A stretch of DNA of 64,000 bases from Eledone cirrhosa (taxonomy: Eukaryota), in assembly GCA_964016885.1 (NCBI GenBank), contig OZ024740.1, positions 78,120,001-78,184,000 of the forward strand. The letters run 5' to 3'. Under the pieces are notes generated by a model. The model was not told where the DNA came from, ran no database searches, and saw only the letters and a list, made by a program, of their open reading frames with translations. How positions within the stretch are numbered: position 1 is the first letter of the stretch; each line of letters starts with the position of its first letter. Shown here one piece after another: positions 59,177-64,000 of the stretch. Position numbers and translations under genes: made by a program.

Positions 59177-59345
59177 CACACACACACACAAATGGAAGGT
59201 TAGTAAAATCGAAGTTTTGGCAGTAGCAAAGCTAACGAGATACAATAAGGTTTGCGCAAAGCACTCGATAAGGGTGTATCACCTTAGAGTAATTAACATA
59301 CGTTAGATAGTGTGACAAATTGAAAACTGCAGCAAGCGGGCTTAG

Positions 59346-59390
<45 letters not shown>

Positions 59391-60290
59391 GAAAACAAGC
59401 ATATAAAAATATATACTTTATTTTATCGACCACATAAGGATGAAAGGAGATCGATTGCTCGTGCAATTAGCATGCAAGTGTCTTCGCATTCCACAGACAT
59501 GTGAATCCTTAAGGTAATTAACTCTCTTGGAGATTACGCATGACACGGTGTGTGACAAGGCCTGTTCTTTGAATAATAGAAAATATTGCCAATTTCTTTA
59601 TTAAACATACGGTGTCCCAACTGAAGCCAGTAAAATAATATATACAGAGAAAGTTAAATACATTTGAAAGAGCGGTTGTTCAAAGGAAACACTAAGGTAA
59701 TAATGGTTTCTAATTTAATTATAAGACCAGAAATTTGAGGTGGAGCCGATCAATTAAATCAACCTCAATACTTGACCTTTCATTCTTCTAGAGCTGATAA
59801 AATAAAGTTAACCTCGGTGGGGTTTGAACTCGGAATGTATGGCATTTGTCCGACACTTGAAAGCTTTAATCTATTTGGGGTGAAGTGTAAGTCAATTTAT
59901 TTTAACGTCCTCAGAAGAATAAAAGGCAAAGTTGACCTCGGTGGGATTTGAATTCAAGACGTGAAAGGTCGTACCTAAATACTGCAAAGTATTTCGTCTA
60001 ACGGTCTACCGATTCTGTCAGATTTATAAATAATAATAATAAACGGACAGCTGTTCCAGAAATCTGCCAATAATGTTTATCTCTCTATAATTATTCCTTC
60101 TATTCTTCAGAATTCTATGTGCTGCGTTTGAAATGTCTACGTGTAACTCTTTACAAGAACTATTACGTCTGAATTCTTAATTTATACGCATTCTTGTTGC
60201 TGGATGCCTTAAGAACTTTGTGGATTCTTTGTATCTGGAGTATTTCGTTCTTGCAGAATATTACAACTCTCGCTCTCGCTCTCGCTCTCG

Positions 60291-60343
<53 letters not shown>

Positions 60344-60414
60344 GTGTGTATATATATATATATAATGTGTGTGTATATATATATATATAATGTGTGTGTG
60401 TATATATATATATA

Positions 60415-60447
<33 letters not shown>

Positions 60448-60540
60448 ATGTGTGTGTATATATATATATAATGTCTGTATATATGTATATATATGTCTGT
60501 ATATATATATATATATAATGTATATATATATGTGGGTATG

Positions 60541-60571
<31 letters not shown>

Positions 60572-60739
60572 ATGTATGTATATATATATATATATATAAT
60601 GTATATATATATGTTGGTATGTATATATATATATATATGTGGGTATGTATATATATATATATGTGGGTATGTATATATATATATATGTGGGTATGTATAT
60701 ATATATATGTGTGGGTATGTATATATATATGTGGGTTTA

Positions 60740-61349
60740 TGTCAGGTCACCAGTTGGTGCTACTGGTAACATGTATCCCAGTACAACCTGTCCCATGGTC
60801 GGGTCGTTGGCGACTAAACTGGCAACCCCACCAAGGTTTCTTGGTGAGGAGGGTGACTTTGGACATCCTGCAGGACTAAAAACAAAACCTGTCAAAGGGC
60901 AAAGGAGCTCTTAAGAGTCAATGGCCATCCAAAATCACCGGGAGAGATGACCCCTTAGCCTTTGTCAAGGCAGAATTCTAGGAGAAGGAAAACTCTGATA
61001 TAACACCTGCAACCCTGATGGTATCCAATGATGTTGACTTGTTCTTCTTTTTGGTAAATATCATCTTGGTTAAGAGAGTGGGACTGGCTTTGTGCAGTGC
61101 CTTTGCTCACTATAAAAGCTTCACGGCACAGGCATTGCTTTATATCTGGAGATCTCTCTGCACTTGTCGTCACATGGTACCATGGGCCCAGCACTATGTA
61201 TCAGTAATTGTCACAAGTGTAGTGTTTGTACCAGAGTTTTCAAGTCGCTGGCTGGACTAAAAAGTCACACTCGTTCAGCGCATCGGTAGGGGTTCTCCTA
61301 CATGGATATAAAGTAGTGGCCGTACTCGAAAACGAGTTGGCAGCCACCA
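60740..61349. mobile_element. About 600-bp solo-LTR-like element, second full copy
   Basis: Near-identical to 9142-9742 with a few SNPs and an approximately 8-bp indel; TG...CA ends. Confidence 0.75.
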
Positions 61350-61379
61350 TGTGGGTATATATATATATATATATATGGG

Positions 61380-61416
<37 letters not shown>

Positions 61417-61417
61417 G

Positions 61418-61456
<39 letters not shown>

Positions 61457-61487
61457 GTATGTGTATATATATATATGGGTATGTATG

Positions 61488-61543
<56 letters not shown>

Positions 61544-61545
61544 GG

Positions 61546-61576
<31 letters not shown>

Positions 61577-61645
61577 GTGGGTATGTATATATATATATAT
61601 ATATATATGTGGGTATGTATATATATATATATATATATATGTGGG

Positions 61646-61676
<31 letters not shown>

Positions 61677-61923
61677 GTGGGTATGTATATATATATATAT
61701 GTGGGTATGTATATATATATATATATATATGTGGGTATGTATATATATATATATATATATGTGGGTATGTATATATATATATATATATATGTGGGTATGT
61801 ATATATATATATATATATATGTGGGTATGTATATATATATATATATGTGGGTATGTATATATATATATATATGTGGGTATGTATATGTATATATATATGT
61901 GTGTGTATATATATATATGTGGG

Positions 61924-61968
<45 letters not shown>

Positions 61969-61973
<5 letters not shown>

Positions 61974-62100
61974 AGGCGTGTGGCTGAGTGGTTAGAGAAT
62001 TGGATTCGCAATCGTAAGGTTGTGAGTTCGATTCCTGGACCAGGCGATGCGTTATGTCCTTGAGCAAGACACTTTATTTCACGTTGCTCCTTCTACCTGG
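61969..62100 (+). mobile_element. tRNA-derived SINE (second family)
   Basis: tggctgagtgg A-box, gagttcgattcc B-box, gtccttgagcaagacactt body. Confidence 0.8.
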
Positions 62101-62772
62101 AGTTGCGACCGATAGATAGTATTAGCAATTGGAAAGACCAACGGAAACATTGTTCCCTCGGTCCGATTTGACGAAAGTTGATCGTTCCTTCGTTCCTTTA
62201 TATATATATATATATATATATATAATGTATGTATTTATATATATATATATATATAGAGAGAGAGATTTTGAGTATATGTTGGTTGTATACCAACACCTCA
62301 GTATGCAGACTGGAGCACTCGACTGGAATCATATGGATTCCAGTTCCTCAGTGAAATAACAAGCCAACCAGGAACTGGGCATATCAGAGTATTGACAAAA
62401 TTATACACCTCAACAACATATGTACTTGTCTATACCACACTAATTCAAACTGCCTGATGGCTGTCACTGAAATATATATGTTTATAGCAGCAATAAACGA
62501 AGCTAAATTTTAAACATTTGACTTTTTATTTAACTTTATTTTATATATATATATATAATTGTTTCTATTTTTGGCACAAGGCCAGCAATTATCACAGTGT
62601 ATTACTGGTACTTTATTTTATCGACCCCGTAAGGATGAAAGACAAAGTTGTTATATATATAATGTATGTATATATATAATGTGTATGTATGTGTATATAT
62701 ATATATATATATATAATATATATATATATAATGTATATATATGTGTATGTATGGATGTATATATACATACAT

Positions 62773-62804
<32 letters not shown>

Positions 62805-63420
62805 CATACATGTATGTATATATATATGTGGATGTATGTATATGTGTGTATGTGTATGTATATATATATGTGTGTATGTATGTATATATGTGTGTGTATG
62901 TATGTATATATATGTGTGTGTATGTATGTATATATATGTGTGTATGTATGTATATATATATGTGTGTATGTATGTATATATATATGTGTGTATGTATGTA
63001 TATATATATGTGTGTATGTATGTATATATATATGTGTGTATGTATGTATGTATATATATATGTGTGTATGTATATATATATATGTGTGTGTGTATGTATG
63101 TGTATATATGTATGTATATATATATATATATGTGTGTGTGTGTATGTATGTGTATATATGTATGTATGATGTATGTATATATATATATATATAATGTGTG
63201 TATATATATATATAATATGAGTGTGTGTATATATACACACACACACCTACACACAAACAATTACTGCTACCTCGCCAGGCTTGCTTAACTATATCAAGTA
63301 ATTTTCTCATCTCATTTATGTAAATTACTATTTTTGTTGTTGTATATCAATCCACATACACACACGAGAGAGAAAGATGTATGGATAGATAGATGGATAC
63401 AACAATGATAATAAATAATA

Positions 63421-63457
<37 letters not shown>

Positions 63458-63462
<5 letters not shown>

Positions 63463-63868
63463 TAAAAAAATGAAAAATCAGTGATGCATCTGGACTCAGT
63501 TTATTGCGTGCTACCATTGTTTCACCGGCAGGTAGCTCGAGACATGATCACTGTATGGATCTGGCTGATTCTACGGCTGCAAGTTCCTTCGGACAGAGGC
63601 AATTCGTTCGGAGCTAATTTTCTCACTCAGAAAATTAGCTCCGAACGAATTGCCTGTGTCCGAAGGAACTTGCAGCCGTAGAATCAGCCAGATCCATACA
63701 GTGATCATGTCTCGAGCTACCTGCCGGTGAAACAATGGTAGCACGCAATAAACTGAGTCCAGATGCATCACTGATTTTTCGTTTTTTTATACTATCCACA
63801 CTCTGCTCTGTATGAATATTGAGTGCTAATTTTGGCATACCTCCTATGGAAGCACCATAGCTACCATT
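63458..63868. mobile_element. Fold-back element, family F (337-bp palindrome 63458-63794 plus tail)
   Basis: Arms of about 166 bp around a 5-nt loop at 63624-63628; GAAA-caatgg-TA half-hammerhead at 63729-63740, AATAAA at 63747, bulged hairpin at 63800-63826. Confidence 0.75.
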
Positions 63869-63880
63869 ACACACACACGC

Positions 63881-63930
<50 letters not shown>

Positions 63931-64000
63931 GTTTCTACTTTAGGCACAAGGCCAGCAAATATCCAGTACATTACTGGTACTTTATTTTATCGACCCTTAA

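Noticed and set aside
60040-60115. Minus-strand CTGAAGA...GGAA-cagctg-TC
   Set aside because: GAAA is mutated, and stems I and II cannot be formed.
63481-63771. Pair of near-identical 66-aa ORFs on opposite strands (likewise 7375-7605, and the duplicated ORFs at 9348/60955)
   Set aside because: Consequence of palindromic or repeated non-coding elements; no protein motif recognised.

Overview
Very AT-rich, microsatellite-saturated eukaryotic DNA. Its repeat content resembles an octopus/cephalopod genome (inference). Almost all listed ORFs are (TA)n/(TATG)n artefacts. Recognisable coding remnants are decayed transposons: RTE-type LINE 3' fragments, a CR1/L2-type LINE reverse-transcriptase fragment and an internally deleted mariner. 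There is also one probable host first coding exon (30883-31042). Many tRNA-derived SINEs, three copies of a TG...CA solo-LTR-like element and a non-autonomous Helitron are present. The main discovery is a dense set of short non-coding elements, mostly embedded in or abutting (TA)n tracts and often fold-back palindromes. They carry minimal type-I hammerhead ribozymes: about 8 with an intact CUGANGA/GAAA/NUH core, plus variant and half copies. Downstream there is usually an AATAAA/ATTAAA signal and a shared, covarying 'RCUC-stem / YY-bulge / GAGY-RC' hairpin found in otherwise unrelated families. The best interpretation is non-autonomous Penelope-like retroelement (pseudo-LTR) derivatives. The shared bulged hairpin is a candidate undescribed cis-acting RNA motif. 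All structures were read by eye, not computed.
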